64,000 bases of DNA. Origin: an uncultured delta proteobacterium (GTDB taxonomy: Bacteria > Desulfobacterota > Zymogenia > Zymogenales > Zymogenaceae). The stretch lies in assembly GCA_963735595.1 (NCBI GenBank), contig CAVTLK010000001.1:611591-675590 (forward strand), read 5' to 3'. The position numbers were made by a program, and so were the translations under genes. Shown piece by piece: positions 62,853 through 64,000 of the stretch (position 1 is the stretch's first letter; each line of letters starts with the position of its first letter). The notes under the pieces are model-generated. The model saw only the letters and a list, made by a program, of their open reading frames with translations, had not been told where the DNA came from and ran no database searches.

Positions 62853-63210
62853 CTACTCCTCTTGTTCCACTTCCATTTCGATGAGCTTCAGGTCTTCCGT
62901 GCCCCCTACCAGAAGCACCGAAGGATCACCGCATGAGGGGCACGATGAGTATCCCCTGATAGTCGATGTCATATTCCTTCCGACAGGAAGACACGAAATG
63001 ACGACCGGAGTGATCTCGAAGGAAAGAACGGCCCCTTCGGCCCGGGTTCCCCGGGCCATCGCCTCAAACGCCGTCTCCAGGGCGTCCGGCTGGATGCACG
63101 ACATCCTGCCGAACGAAAGCGTGATCCTGTCCGACTTTTGCCGCGTTGTTTTTTTCGGCGTGTTCAAGGGCGATCTCAAGGACCGACTGCGCCAGGCTCA
63201 GTTCGTGCAT
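62853..63210 (-). CDS. hypA: Hydrogenase nickel metallochaperone HypA; indel near 63140
   Basis: MHELSLAQS (manual translation), FEAMARGT.AEGA.L, CPSCG...GG.EDLKLIEMEVE. Confidence 0.9.
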
Positions 63211-63707
63211 TCCGGCCTCCTGACGGGTTTTACCGAGAGGGCCGCCAACTCCTCCAGCAGCAACCGCTCAATATCCGAAAATCGCTCGACCAACAGATCC
63301 GAAATCCTTACTTCCATTGTATCATATTTCTCCGGCACGACGGTGATAAAAGTAACCGGCGGGCATTGATCCAAAAGATCGGCCATGGCAAGGACGTCCA
63401 GGAACTCCACCTCGTGGGCCGACGTGGGTGCGTGGCAGATAGAGCGACATCTCTTCTTTCGTGAATCGGTATAGTGAGCCCGGCGTATCGTCGATCCTGA
63501 TCGCATCGATGACGATGAGATGCCCGGCGCCGGTGACGATATCCAGGAGACCCAGGCCCGCCGTCCCCCCGTCCACCAGCGAGACGGTATCCGGCAGTAT
63601 ATACCGATCCGAAAACCAGGCGATAAATCGGACCCCGAATCCGTCGTCCCCGACGAGGAGGTTGCCGAGTCCCAGTATGGTGATAGTTTTGTTTTGTTCA
63701 TCGGCAT
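63198..63707 (-). CDS. Hydrogenase maturation protease (HyaD/HupD family); indels
   Basis: ILGLGNLLVGDDGFGV, VDGGTAG, IVIDAI, SAHEV. Confidence 0.88.
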   Translation of the reverse strand: MPMNKTKLSPYWDSATSSSGTTDSGSDLSPGFRIGIYCRIPSRWWTGGRRAWVSWISSPAPGISSSSMRSGSTIRRAHYTDSRKKRCRSICHAPTSAHEVEFLDVLAMADLLDQCPPVTFITVVPEKYDTMEVRISDLLVERFSDIERLLLEELAALSVKPVRRPECTN

Positions 63708-63826
63708 GTACGTAAAAAGACAAGGTCGCATAATAACAAAGTCCTCGCCGAAAAGCGAGGACTTTGCGAGATTTGTGAGGGGAGAGGATCCTTCTCCCCT
63801 CTCATTTCTTGAACAGGCGAGCCGAT

Positions 63827-64000
63827 TCAGTGCTCTTTGGCCTTAAAGACCATGCCGTTTATCATCGAGGAGACGGTGCCTTCCTTGAAGACGATGTCGT
63901 ACCAGAAGGCCATATAAATGTGCACGATGATAAACAGGACAAAGAGCCAGGTCAGGATATGGTGGACGTAGCGCACCATCGCCAGCCCCCCCATGCAGAC
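63827..64000 (-). CDS. [NiFe]-hydrogenase b-type cytochrome subunit, C-terminal end (truncated by window edge)
   Basis: Manual translation: GGLAMVRYVHHILTWLFVLFIIVHIYMAFWYDIVFKEGTVSSMINGMVFKAKEH-stop; HyaC-type HH..W...F...H.Y and SSMI.G motifs. Confidence 0.85.
   Translation of the reverse strand, partial: VCMGGLAMVRYVHHILTWLFVLFIIVHIYMAFWYDIVFKEGTVSSMINGMVFKAKEH

Overview
This is a 64-kb chromosomal window from an anaerobic, deltaproteobacterial-type (Desulfobacterota-like; inference) bacterium of moderately high GC. 1-9.7 kb holds a 2-oxoacid:ferredoxin oxidoreductase operon (delta, alpha, fused beta-gamma, ACT, DUF4013), an ADP-forming acyl-CoA synthetase, tRNA-Ala(CGC), and PadR / acyl-CoA ligase / lipid A-type acyltransferase genes. 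9.9-36.9 kb is an accessory block between the 3' ends of convergent tRNA-Glu(CTC) and tRNA-Pro(GGG). It contains an ArnT x2 / GT2 / flippase-like / UDP-uronate epimerase cluster, a 16-kb six-gene phosphorelay (16 PAS and 11 REC domains, no DNA-binding output), and two single-gene cassettes each bounded by a copy of the tRNA-Pro 3' end plus terminator. 37-45 kb is the core thrS-infC-rpmI-rplT-pheS-pheT-ihfA locus, tRNA-Val(GAC) and an atypical hfq. 45-64 kb is an all-minus-strand H2/formate block: [NiFe]-hydrogenase cyt b end, maturation protease, hypACDF, an OFA-family antiporter, nfnAB, a DRTGG / RsbT-like kinase / DRTGG / PHP / HATPase cassette, NuoE-like, thioredoxin-like ferredoxin, a NuoF-NfnB-like fusion, and a selenocysteine formate dehydrogenase (in-frame TGA + SECIS). 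Many genes at 3-9 kb and 49-64 kb, plus essential pheT, carry 1-bp indels best explained as sequencing errors.
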